From: an uncultured Clostridia bacterium | GTDB lineage: Bacteria > Bacillota > Clostridia > TANB77 > CAG-508 | Reading direction: 5' to 3' | DNA length: 56,292 nt | NCBI GenBank assembly: GCA_947629355.1 | Contig: CANRDJ010000002.1 | Span: 1 to 56,292 of the forward strand | Shown here: in pieces, positions 18,887 through 28,971 of the stretch | How positions within the stretch are numbered: position 1 is the first letter of the stretch | How the letters are laid out: each line of letters starts with the position of its first letter | Program-made: the position numbers and the translations under genes | Notes under the pieces: generated by a model | Databases searched by the model: none | What the model was told of the DNA's origin: nothing | What the model saw: the letters and a program-made list of their open reading frames with translations, nothing else

Positions 18887-19987
18887 ATGATGTTAAATAT
18901 AAATAAAGTACTAGATAGTGCAATAGAAAAAGATGCATCAGATGTACATTTAATATTTGGTTTAAAACCTATACTAAGAATTTCAAGAGAATTGAAAGAA
19001 TTAGAGGATTATGATGTAATCGAAGAAAACGAATTATATGAGGCATATGACTATTTTTTAAGAGGTAATGTAGAAAAAGACGAAATATATAAAAATACAA
19101 AAAGGCTAGATATATCTTTTGAATATAAAGATATAAGATTAAGAGTAAATATATCATCATCAGGGGATATGCCTATATTTACTATGAGAATTATAAAAAA
19201 TACTTTACCAAAATTTGACGATTTGGGTGTTCCAGATATAGTAAGACGTATGACATATCAACCACATGGTTTAATATTAGTAACTGGAAAAACAAACTCA
19301 GGTAAAACTACAACTTTAAATGCCTTAATAGATGAAATAAATGAAAAACAGAATAAAAAAATTTTAACATTAGAAAAACCAATAGAATACAAACATACTT
19401 GTAAAAAATCAATAATAGTTCAAAAGGAAGTTGGAAAAGGCGGAGATGTTGATAATTTTAAAGATGGAGTAAAAAATTCATTAAGAGAGGATTGTGACAT
19501 ATTAGTAATAGGAGAGATAAGAGATAAAGAGACTATGGAAGCTGCTATAGATATGGCAGAATCAGGACATTTAGTAATAGGAACTTTGCATACAAAATCT
19601 TGTGCTGAAACAATTGATAGAATGATAAATTTTTATGAAATACGAGATCAAGCAAGTATAAAATATTTAATGTCTTCTTTATTAAAACTTGTTATATCAC
19701 AGAGACTATTAAAAGGTGTAGATGGAAATTTAGTATTATTACCAGAAGTTATGGTAGTAGATAATGTAGTTGCTGGATGCATTAGAAAAGACAAATTTAG
19801 TGTTTCAGAACTAGAAGATGCAATGCAAAGTAACATAGATAAAGGAAATATTAGTCTTATAAATTCAATTGCTAAATTATTTGTTAATGAGAAAATAACG
19901 TTAGAGCAAGCAAAAGCACAAATTGAGGAAAAAAATATCGAAACCTTAAACAGAACAATTATGCAAATGAAGATAAAGAGAGGATAA
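18887..19987 (+). CDS. pilT: twitching-motility / pilus retraction ATPase PilT
   Basis: 366 aa. Walker A GKTNSGKTTT, DILVIGEIRD, HLVIGTLHT. Confidence 0.85.
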   Translation: MMLNINKVLDSAIEKDASDVHLIFGLKPILRISRELKELEDYDVIEENELYEAYDYFLRGNVEKDEIYKNTKRLDISFEYKDIRLRVNISSSGDMPIFTMRIIKNTLPKFDDLGVPDIVRRMTYQPHGLILVTGKTNSGKTTTLNALIDEINEKQNKKILTLEKPIEYKHTCKKSIIVQKEVGKGGDVDNFKDGVKNSLREDCDILVIGEIRDKETMEAAIDMAESGHLVIGTLHTKSCAETIDRMINFYEIRDQASIKYLMSSLLKLVISQRLLKGVDGNLVLLPEVMVVDNVVAGCIRKDKFSVSELEDAMQSNIDKGNISLINSIAKLFVNEKITLEQAKAQIEEKNIETLNRTIMQMKIKRG

Positions 19988-20014
19988 ACTAGAAAAGAAT
20001 GGAGGACTTAAGCA

Positions 20015-21362
20015 ATGCCTTTATATGTTTATAAAGCTGTAGATAAAAAAGGACAAGTAGTAAATAATAGAGTAGAAGAGATAAATAAATTTATTTTATT
20101 AAGAAAATTGAAAAGAAATGGATTTATGCCAATTAAAGTTACTCAAATACAAATGAACAGTAAAGCAAGTAAAGTTAGAAAAAAACAAAAAAAGAATATT
20201 GAAACAAATGATAGTATATTGAAATCAGTGAGATTAAGAGAAAATAATAATATATCTAAAACAACATTTAAACAAAAAGCAAAGAAAATTCTATTTACAA
20301 ATTTAAAAATAACTAATAGGGATATAGTTATATTTACGCAAGATTTTTATCTTTTAAAAAAAGCTAATTTTAATAATATACACGCATTATCTACAATTAT
20401 AGAGTCTACAGAAAATCCTTCATTCAGAGCTATAATAGAGGACATACTTTTAGGTGTAGAAGCTGGTGAAAACATGTATACTACAATGGAATACTATGCA
20501 GGTATTTTTCCACCAATATATATAAACATGATAAGAGTAGGAGAATTATCTCGGATCATTAACCAGAGCATTAGAACAAGCAGTTCAATATTTAGATGAA
20601 ACAGCAAAATTAAATAAAAAAATAAAAAGTATTTTAGTTCCAAATATCATACAATTTGTAGGATTGTTAGCGTTATTGATAATTGGTACTTTAGTTGCTA
20701 TTCCTGCTATACAAAATGTGCTTAATCAAGTAGGAAGTACTGATCAGCTACCTGCAATTACATTATGGTTTAAAGGAGTATTAGATAAATTAGTAAAGTT
20801 TTGGTATATACCAACATTCATAATATTAGTAGTCTTGATATCCATATATTTTTATATAAAAACTCCACATGGAAGGTACAGATTTGATAATTTTAAATAT
20901 AGAATGCCAGTATTTGGATCCTTAATATATGCAATTGATTTTTCAAGATTAATAAAAGCAATTTTGTTAAATATAAGAAATGGAATGAGAATACAAGATG
21001 CATTAGAAACAAGTAAAAGTATAGCGACTAATGTAGTTATGCTTTCATTAATAGAATCATCAATTAATAATATATTGGTAGGACAAAGTTGGATAGAACC
21101 ATTCGAACAATCTGGATTATCAAGTCCTATGATTACTGAAATGTTAAAAATAGGAATGCAAACAGATTTAGCAGAAATGATGGAAAAACTATTAGAATAC
21201 ATGGAAATAGATATTGATAATATAATGACAAAAATAATGAAAACGCTACCTCAAATTGTGTATCTAATAGTAGGGATCTTACTAATTTTTGTAACACTAG
21301 TTGTATTAGTACCAATGATACAAATATACATGGGTACATGGTTATTCTCAGCATATTTATAA
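20015..21362 (+). CDS. pilC: type IV pilus platform protein PilC (GspF family); needs a +1 shift at CGG 20552-20554
   Basis: Track ORFs 20015-20599 and 20664-21362 join as ..RVGELS-G-SLTRALEQAVQYLDETAKLNKKIKS... This is the two-GspF-domain architecture. Confidence 0.8.
20552..20554 (+). other. pilC: in-frame CGG +1 recoding site (TCT CGG A)
   Basis: The +1 frame gives the GE.SG.L motif typical of GspF/PilC. Confidence 0.75.
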
Positions 21363-21432
21363 ATTGTAATTTATTTAATATTTGGAAATTCATGATAGCT
21401 TCTAGAATTTTCTTATACAAAAAATAATTTTT
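21359..21432 (+). repeat. short MITE/REP-like element (copy R6) after pilC
   Basis: Starts ATAAATTGTAATTTATTTAAT, overlapping the pilC stop codon. Ends TATACAAAAAATAATTT, an inverted terminus. Confidence 0.5.
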
Positions 21433-21445
21433 AAAGGAGTAAAAA

Positions 21446-22357
21446 ATGAAGATAGGTATTGATGTAGGTGGAAGTCATATTGGTTTAGGAATTATAGAAG
21501 AAAGTTGTACAATATTATATAAAAAAGAAAGAGACTATTTGTTGCATGAAAAAGATATGTCAAAAGTAGTAATAGATACAATAGTTCAATTACTTAAAGA
21601 AATAATAAAAGAAAACAAAATAAATATTAATGATATAGAATTAATTGGTATAACATTTCCTGGAACCGTATCTAATGGTGTAGTTATAAAGTCAGATAAT
21701 CTAGGTATTAAAAATTTAGATATTGAAAAAGAAATAAAAAAAGAATTTAATATACCAATATATTTACAAAATGATGCTAAATCTGCAGCTATAGCAGAAA
21801 AGAAATTTGGAAGCTTAAAACAATATGATGATGCATTATTTCTAATAGCAGGTACAGGAGTTGGTGGAGCAGTTTTTTTAAATGGTGAATTACTAAAACC
21901 TAAAAGATATTCTGGATTTGAAATAGGACATATGGTAATTCAAAAAGACGGTAAAAAATGTAATTGCGGAAGAAAAGGTTGCTTTGAGGCATACGCTTCT
22001 ATTAGAAGATTTAAAGAAACAATACAAAAAGAGTTTGGTTTACCAGATATAGATGGAAAAAATATAAAAGAATTTATAATTAAAAATAGAAACGACAAAA
22101 AACTTGAAAACATGATTGATACATATATAGAATATTTAAGCATAGGAGTAGTAAATTTAATTAACATATTTGAACCAGAAGCAATATCAATAGGAGGAAG
22201 CTTTGCCTATTATAAAGATATATTACTTGAAAAACTAGAAAAAAGAATAATAGAAAAAGGAGAGTTATTTAATAAAGAATCAATACCTAAATTTACAGTT
22301 GCAGAACTCAAGAATGATGCTGGAATAATAGGTGCAGCAATGCAAGGGACAAAATAA
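21446..22357 (+). CDS. glk: ROK-family glucokinase
   Basis: 303 aa. IGIDVGGSHIG, GTGVGGA, and the zinc motif GHM..C.CG..GC.E. Confidence 0.8.
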   Translation: MKIGIDVGGSHIGLGIIEESCTILYKKERDYLLHEKDMSKVVIDTIVQLLKEIIKENKININDIELIGITFPGTVSNGVVIKSDNLGIKNLDIEKEIKKEFNIPIYLQNDAKSAAIAEKKFGSLKQYDDALFLIAGTGVGGAVFLNGELLKPKRYSGFEIGHMVIQKDGKKCNCGRKGCFEAYASIRRFKETIQKEFGLPDIDGKNIKEFIIKNRNDKKLENMIDTYIEYLSIGVVNLINIFEPEAISIGGSFAYYKDILLEKLEKRIIEKGELFNKESIPKFTVAELKNDAGIIGAAMQGTK

Positions 22358-22373
22358 TTTATTGTATAAAGAT

Positions 22374-22402
22374 AAATAAACTCACAGTTTGTGAGTTTAT
22401 TT
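22374..22402 (+). terminator. rho-independent terminator after glk
   Basis: AAATAAACTCAC-agttt-GTGAGTTTATTT. Confidence 0.6.
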
Positions 22403-22531
22403 ACTGTTTCTTCAGAAAATATTCTAACTATTAATTTCTTTTCTTCGTTTAGCGTTTCAAACAAATTAATTCTTCCCAAAATTTTAATTTTAACTTTTGT
22501 ATACAATTTTAATGAATTTGAAAAATATATG

Positions 22532-22560
22532 TACAAAATTTTTTATCTTTATGATATAAT
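22532..22560 (+). promoter_or_regulatory. candidate extended -10 promoter of mutL
   Basis: TACAAA, 17-nt spacer, TG-a-TATAAT (22552-22560). Confidence 0.4.
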
Positions 22561-22587
22561 TTATTCGAATTTAAGGGGGAAATTAAA

Positions 22588-24674
22588 TTGGGTAAAATTG
22601 TATTATTAGATGAACTAACAATAAATAAAATTGCAGCTCGGAGAAGTTATTGAAAGACCTGCCTCAGTAGTTAAGGAATTAATAGAAAACTCAATAGATG
22701 CAGAAGCTACTAAAATAACTGTTGAAATACAAAATGGTGGTATTAGTAAAATAAGAATTATAGATAACGGAATTCGGAATATCTAAGGATGATATGGAAT
22801 TTGCATTTGAAAGACATGCTACTAGTAAAATAAGAAAAGCAGATGATTTAGAAACAGTTAAATCAATGGGATTTAGAGGTGAGGCTTTAGCTAGTATTGC
22901 AGCAATTGCAAATGTAGAAATGATATCAAGAACTGAAGACGATGAAATTGGTAATAGAATATTAGTAGAAGGTGGTAAAGTATTAGAACAAGAAGAAATT
23001 GCTAGTCAAATCGGAACTACGATAACAGTAAGCAATCTATTTTTTAATACACCTGTAAGATATAAGTTTTTAAAAAAAGATTTTACAGAAGCAGGATATA
23101 TTGAAGATGTAGTAACAAGAATATCATTAGCAAACCCAAATATTTCTATAAAATTAATTAATGGAACAAAAACAGTTATACAAACTACTGGTAATGGAGA
23201 TATAAAAAGTGTAATTTATAACATATATGGAAAAGAAGTTGCAGAAGGAATTGTACCAGTAGATTATGAATATGAAGATATAAAGGTAAAAGGTGTAGTT
23301 GGAAAACCAGAAATTGCACGTAATAATAGAAGTTATCAATTATTCTTTGTTAATAAAAGATATATAAAAGATAAAACATTATCGGCTTCTGCTGAACAAG
23401 CTTTTAAAGGCTTATTAACAATAGGAAAATATGGATTTTTAGTTTTAAATGTAGATATAGATCCTAAAAAAATAGATATTAACGTTCATCCAACTAAATT
23501 AGAAATAAGATGGTCAGAAGAACAAAAGATATTTAAGGCAGTTTATCATTCAATTAGAGAAAGTTTATTAAAAGAAGAATTAGTAAGAACTCCTGAAAAA
23601 AATACTGATGCAACAGTAAATGATGTGGAACAAAATAAAGATAATTTATTTGAAGGCTTAAATCAAAAAGAAAATGAGCAAGATTTTAAAAATCAAACGA
23701 TGAGAATTCCAAGTTTCATTAATATTTTTAAAAAGAAAGATGTAGAGGAGCAAGAAGAGGGTATTATTCCAGATGGAGCAAATACGATTAAAGAGTTATA
23801 TAATAAAAGGAATGGTATAGTAGAAGAGCCAAAAACAGAAGCTAAAAAAGAAAAATTTAAAATTCCAACAGAAGAGCAAATAGATAAAATGGCAAGTATT
23901 ATAAATATGCAAAAAAACATGCAAGAAACATCTAGAGCATCTGGAGAAATTAAAGAAGGATTTGATGAGATGTATGTAAAAGCATTTGGAAAACTTCCTG
24001 AAAAAAAAGTACCAGAAGAAGAAAAAGTAGAGAGTGTAAAATTAGATTCAATAGAAAATATATCAGTATTTGAGCAAGATGAAAATTATTCTAAAATACC
24101 TAGTTATAAATATATAGGAGCACTTTTTTCTACATATATAGTTATAGAAATAAAAGATGAAATATACATTATAGATCAACATGCTGCTCATGAAAGAATA
24201 ATGTATGAAAAGGTAAAAGAAAATTTTTATAGTAATACAGAAAAGGATTCACAGATAATGTTACTTCCAGACATAATAACACTTTCACATAAAGAAAAAG
24301 AAATTGTAAAAGAGAATACGGAATTATTTAAAAAGGCAGGATTTATGTTTGAAGAATTTGGAGATAACACAATAAGACTAATTGGAGTTCCGTCGTTATG
24401 TATGGAATTAGATACTAAAGAATTATTTTTACAATTATTAGATGAAATTGATACTGTTGCAATAACTGCAACACAGGAAAAAGAAGATAAGTTTATAAGT
24501 ACAATAGCATGCAAAGCAGCAGTAAAAGCAAATATGAGTTTAAATAAAGAAGAAGTGGATAATTTAATGCAAAAATTATTAATTTTACCAAATCCATTTA
24601 CATGTCCACATGGTAGACCTACAGCAATAAAAATGAGTAAGTATGAGATTGAACGTAAGTTTAGTAGAAGGTAA
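22588..24674 (+). CDS. mutL: DNA mismatch repair protein MutL; needs two +1 shifts at CGG codons
   Basis: TTG start after RBS aaggggg. The N-terminus reads [81 protein letters not shown] and then continues in track ORF 22794-24674. Confidence 0.9.
22639..22641 (+). other. mutL: in-frame CGG +1 recoding site (GCT CGG A)
   Basis: Restores the near-universal MutL motif IAAGEV(I/V)ERP. Confidence 0.85.
22775..22777 (+). other. mutL: in-frame CGG +1 recoding site (ATT CGG A)
   Basis: Restores the GHKL motif DNG.GI. An out-of-phase AAC GGA lies 7 nt upstream and is read normally. Confidence 0.85.
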
Positions 24675-24677
24675 AAC

Positions 24678-24873
24678 AAATTGTAATTTATTTAATTAAG
24701 TGTTCTCTAGAAAAGGTTTATTTATTTGTTTCCAACCCGAATTACGTTACTGAACCTGTAAGTTGCTAAAGCAACAACAGTTTCATGTAACGAAAGCTGG
24801 ATCGCGTAACTGAGAAACAAATAAATATAACCTTTTCTAGAAATCAATTGATATTTTACAAACAACAAATTAT
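24678..24873 (+). repeat. MITE/REP-like element (copy R5) with a long rod-like hairpin, between mutL and miaA
   Basis: Starts AAATTGTAATTTATTTAAT and ends TACAAACAACAAATTAT. The core CTAGAAAAGGTTTATTTATTTGTTTC...GAAACAAATAAATATAACCTTTTCTAG is a stem of about 26 bp enclosing nested stems and an apical GTTGC-taaa-GCAAC. Confidence 0.6.
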
Positions 24874-24903
24874 TAAAATATCAAATAAAATAAAGGAAAA
24901 GTT

Positions 24904-25822
24904 ATGGACAAACCTACAGTAATTGTAATTGAAGGGCCAACGGCATCAGGTAAATCAAACATGGCCGTTGAACTTGCTAAAAGAATAAATGGAGAAATAA
25001 TATCTGCTGATTCTATGCAAATATATAAAGATATGGATATAGGAACAGCCAAGATATCTAAAAAAGATATGAAAGGAATTAAACATTATATGATAGACTT
25101 TGTACCTCCAAGCAAAAGATATACTGTTTCATCATATAAAAAAGAAGCTGAAAAGTGCCTTGATAAGATTTTATATAAAGGAAAAACTCCTATCATTTGT
25201 GGAGGAACAGGATTATATATTAATTCTTTAATATATGGCATAGAATTTCAGGAAGAAGAAATAGATGAAACTTATAGAAATAAATTAAATGGAATTGCGG
25301 AGAGTCAAGGTCTACAAAAATTGTATGATATGGCCACTCAAATTGATCCAGAAGCGATGAAAAAAATAAGTAAAAACGACCAGAAGAGAATAATAAGAGT
25401 ACTTGAAATTTATCATAAGACTGGAAAAACAAAAACTCAGCAAGACTTAGAATCTAGAAAAAATGAAGTAAAATACAATTATAAAGTGTTTGCCATTAAT
25501 ATGGATAGAGAAATTTTATATGACAGAATCAATAAAAGAGTGGACGAAATGATAGATAATGGATTAATAGATGAGGTAAAATCTATAATAGAAAAATACA
25601 AAGAATTTCCAACAGCTATGCAGGGACTTCGGATATAAAGAAGTTGTAGCCTATTTAAAGGGAAATATTAATAAAGAGGAAATGATAGATAAGATAAAAA
25701 TGGAAACACGAAGATATGCAAAAAGACAGATAACTTGGTTTAAAAAAAATAAGGAAACTTATTGGTTAAATGGAAGAGATGAATTGGAGCAAAATATAAA
25801 CGTAATACTTAAGTTGATTTAA
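24904..25822 (+). CDS. miaA: tRNA dimethylallyltransferase MiaA; needs a +1 shift at CGG 25630-25632
   Basis: P-loop GPTASGKS. The track ORF ends at 25638. The +1 frame continues ..AMQGL-G-YKEVVAYLKGNINKEEMIDKIKMETRRYAKRQITWFKK.., the conserved MiaA C-terminus, to a stop at 25820-25822. Confidence 0.85.
25630..25632 (+). other. miaA: in-frame CGG +1 recoding site (CTT CGG A)
   Basis: The zero frame stops 2 codons later (CGG ATA TAA). The +1 frame gives the conserved G(Y)KE motif. Confidence 0.8.
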
Positions 25823-25856
25823 AACGCATAATTAAAAAAAGGAGGGATTGCATTAG

Positions 25857-27120
25857 TTGGCTACAAAAAAAGGTAAAAAAATTAAAAATAAAAAACTTAA
25901 TAAAAATAATATAGCTAGAATGTTAATTCCCATTATTGCTATAGGATTGATTATATATATTGTATATAAAGTTATAAAATTAGTAATTGTTCCAACTGAT
26001 ATGTTTATGATTGAAAAAGGAACTATATACAATGAGGAAAGTGCTGTTCGGTTATGTTATAAGAGATGAAAAAATTGCAAAAGAAAGTAATTCTAAAAAT
26101 GAGATGATACAGATTAAAGCGGAAGGAGAAAAAGTTGCCAAAGGAAATCAAATTTTTAGATATGCAAGTGAAAATGAAGAAGAAATAAACGCTAAGATTG
26201 ATAAGTTGAATAGTAAAATGCAAGAGGCTATGCAAGGGAAGACTAATATGTTTCCTAGTGATATAAAGGCAATTGAAAATCAAATAGAAACTAAAATTGA
26301 TGGACTTAGCATAAAAAATAATATTCAAGAAATATCAGAATATAAAAGGGATATAAACACATATATAACAAAAAAATCTAAAATAGCAGGTGATTTAAGT
26401 CAGGCTGGCTCATATATTAATGGATTGATAAAAGAAAGAGAAAATTATCAGAATGAATTAAGACAAAATTCTGAGTATGTTACTGCTCCAATGGCTGGAG
26501 TGGTTTCATATAGAGTTGATGATTTAGAAAATATACTTACACCAAATAATTTTGAAGATCTAAATAAGGATATGCTCGAGAAATTAAACTTAGAAACTGG
26601 GCAAATAGTGACAACAAGTAACCAAAAAGGAAAGATTATAAATAATTATGAATGCTATATTGCTACAATACTTAATTCTGAAGAAGCAAATGAAGCAACA
26701 ACAGGTAAAAAAGTTACTTTAAGATTATCAACACAAGATGAAATAGATGCTACAATATCATACATATCTAAACAAGATAATAAATCTGTTTTAATTGTGT
26801 TTAAAATAGGAGAGTGTGTCGAAAAACTAATAGATTATAGAAAAATAACATTTGATGTAATTTGGTGGAGATATGAAGGATTGAAAGTTCCAAAATCAGT
26901 TATTATCTATGATAATGGATTAAGCTATGTAGTAAGAAATAGAGCGGGTTATCAGGATAAAATTTTAGTAGAAATTCTAAAAGAAAATGATAATTATTGC
27001 ATCGTTGGAAATTATACTAACGAAGATTTAAAAAACTTAGGGTTTACTACAGAAGATATAAGTGATATGAAAAAAATTTCTATATATGATGAAATTTTAA
27101 TCAATCCAAAAACACAATAA
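25857..27120 (+). CDS. HlyD-family membrane-fusion-like protein; needs a +1 shift at CGG 26049-26051
   Basis: TTG start after aaaggaggg. N-terminal TM segment, coiled coil, beta-barrel-like C-terminus. Track ORFs 25857-26069 and 26011-27120 join as ..NEESAV-G-YVIRDEKIAKE.. Confidence 0.6.
26049..26051 (+). other. in-frame CGG +1 recoding site (GTT CGG T)
   Basis: Joins the N-terminal TM part to the HlyD-like body. The 4th base is T (GGT Gly). Confidence 0.65.
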
Positions 27121-27249
27121 ATATTACAAAAATATTACAGACAGATTAAAATTAAATTACAAACACAAAAACTATTGACAATAAATAAAAAAAGATAGAT
27201 ACTATTACTAGTAAAAATTACGAAGGAAAAATTTAGGGGGTTTGTTTAA

Positions 27250-27741
27250 ATGGCAGGAGCAATTATGAATAAAGTATATGACTTTTTAGGAATAGAAACA
27301 GGAAATGAAGAAGAAATGATTGAAAACGAAAGTGAAAATGTATATTCGTATAATTATGATAAGGAAGAAGAGCAAGAAGAAGAACCAGAAGAAAAAGGAT
27401 TTTTTGGAAGAATAAACAAAAATAAAGTGGTAAATATGCCACAGCCACAGCAAGTTAAAATGGTTATAACACAACCAACATCATTTGAACAGTCAGAAGA
27501 AATATGTAATTATTTAAAAGAAAGAAAATCAGTAATTGTAAATCTTGAGTATGTAAATAAAGATGTAGCAAGAAGAATAGTTGATTTTATAAGTGGAGCA
27601 GTACATGCTTTAGATGGGCATATTCAAAAAGTATCAAATGCAATATTCTTAGTTGCACCAGTAAATTATGAAATAGCAAGTGACTTAGCTAGAGAAGAAA
27701 TAAAAAGCAAACTTTCAGTTTCATGGCTTAGAAATAACTAA
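27250..27741 (+). CDS. sepF: cell division protein SepF
   Basis: 163 aa. Acidic linker, then the conserved C-terminal domain ..VITQPTSFEQSEEICNYLKERKSVIVNLEYVNKDVARRIVDFISGAVHALDGHIQKVSNAIFLVAP. Confidence 0.85.
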   Translation: MAGAIMNKVYDFLGIETGNEEEMIENESENVYSYNYDKEEEQEEEPEEKGFFGRINKNKVVNMPQPQQVKMVITQPTSFEQSEEICNYLKERKSVIVNLEYVNKDVARRIVDFISGAVHALDGHIQKVSNAIFLVAPVNYEIASDLAREEIKSKLSVSWLRNN

Positions 27742-27812
27742 TAATATTTAATAAATTGGGCATATAAGTTAAGTATGCCCTTTTATCACATTAAAAATAA
27801 GGAGGAGATATA

Positions 27813-28262
27813 ATGTTAACGCCATTAGATATAGAAAATAAAAGATTTGGAAAACAAATGATGAATGGATATAATGTAAATGAAGTAGATGACTTTTTAG
27901 ATGAATTAACACTTGAATATGGAAAACTATACAAAGAAAATGCTGAATTAAAAGAAAAAAGGGAAGAATTAGATAGCGATGTAGGCAAATATAAAAATAT
28001 AGAAAGTACATTGCAAAATACTTTAGTTATGGCTCAAAAAACAGCAGATGAAATAACTGCTGTTGCAAAACAACAAGCTGAACAAATAATAAAAGACGCT
28101 GAGTATCAAGCAAAGAATTCAGTAGAAGAGCTAAATACACAAATAATCCTTAAAGAAAAAGAATTAGAAGAATTAAAAAAACAATTTGATGTATACAAAG
28201 CAAAAATGGAATCATTATTGATTTCTCAATTAGAATTATTAAAAGATATAAAAGAAGATTAA
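27813..28262 (+). CDS. divIVA: DivIVA-domain cell division protein
   Basis: 149 aa. MLTPLDIENKRFGKQMMNGYNVNEVDDFLDEL followed by a coiled coil. Confidence 0.85.
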   Translation: MLTPLDIENKRFGKQMMNGYNVNEVDDFLDELTLEYGKLYKENAELKEKREELDSDVGKYKNIESTLQNTLVMAQKTADEITAVAKQQAEQIIKDAEYQAKNSVEELNTQIILKEKELEELKKQFDVYKAKMESLLISQLELLKDIKED

Positions 28263-28273
28263 TTATAGATATA

Positions 28274-28306
28274 AAAAGGATTGCAAGTTTATGCAATCCT
28301 TTTTTA
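28274..28306 (+). terminator. rho-independent terminator after divIVA
   Basis: AAAGGATTGCA...TGCAATCCTTT followed by a T-run. Confidence 0.7.
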
Positions 28307-28394
28307 TAAGTAATTTTAAATATTGCCAAATAAGTATATTTATGTTATATTATTAATAATAGATACAATTTAAAGAATTTAGAAAAGGTGGAAC

Positions 28395-28952
28395 ATGTAT
28401 TTAATAGTAGGACTTGGAAATCCAGAAGAAAAATATTCAAATACAAGACACAATATAGGATTTGATGTAATAAATGAATTATCTAAAGATTTCAATATAA
28501 AAGTATCAAAATTTAAATTTGACGCTTTTTATGGTATGGGTGAGATAAAAGGGAAAAAAGTAATTTTAGTTAAACCTCAGACATTTATGAATGCAAGTGG
28601 TGAAAGTATTATAAAATTCAAGAAATTTTATAAAATTTTTAATAAAAATATAATAGTTACATATGATGATATGGATTTAGGGTTAGGTAATATAAGGTTA
28701 AAAGCAAAAGGTGGATCAGGAACACATAATGGTATGAAATCTGTAGTAGAAAATTTAAATACAGAAGATTTTATAAGAGTACGAGTTGGAATAGGAAATC
28801 CTAAATATAAGAGTGAGATAATAGAGTATGTTTTAGAAAAAATTCCAAAAAGAGAAAGAGAAATATTAGATAATAGTATAAAAAAAGCAAAAGATAGCAT
28901 ATTAGAGGTTTTAGAAAACGGTATAGATATTGCAATGAATAAATTTAATTAG
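28395..28952 (+). CDS. pth: peptidyl-tRNA hydrolase
   Basis: 185 aa. LIVGLGNPEEKYSNTRHNIGF and GSGTHNGMKS motifs. Confidence 0.92.
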   Translation: MYLIVGLGNPEEKYSNTRHNIGFDVINELSKDFNIKVSKFKFDAFYGMGEIKGKKVILVKPQTFMNASGESIIKFKKFYKIFNKNIIVTYDDMDLGLGNIRLKAKGGSGTHNGMKSVVENLNTEDFIRVRVGIGNPKYKSEIIEYVLEKIPKREREILDNSIKKAKDSILEVLENGIDIAMNKFN

Positions 28953-28971
28953 TATTAAAAAGGGGACCTGA

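Noticed and set aside
25857-27120. Two separate overlapping genes (25857-26069 and 26011-27120).
   Set aside because: The small ORF is just a TM anchor and the large one lacks its own RBS or signal. They join exactly at an in-frame CGG, like the other 17 sites, giving a standard HlyD-like topology.
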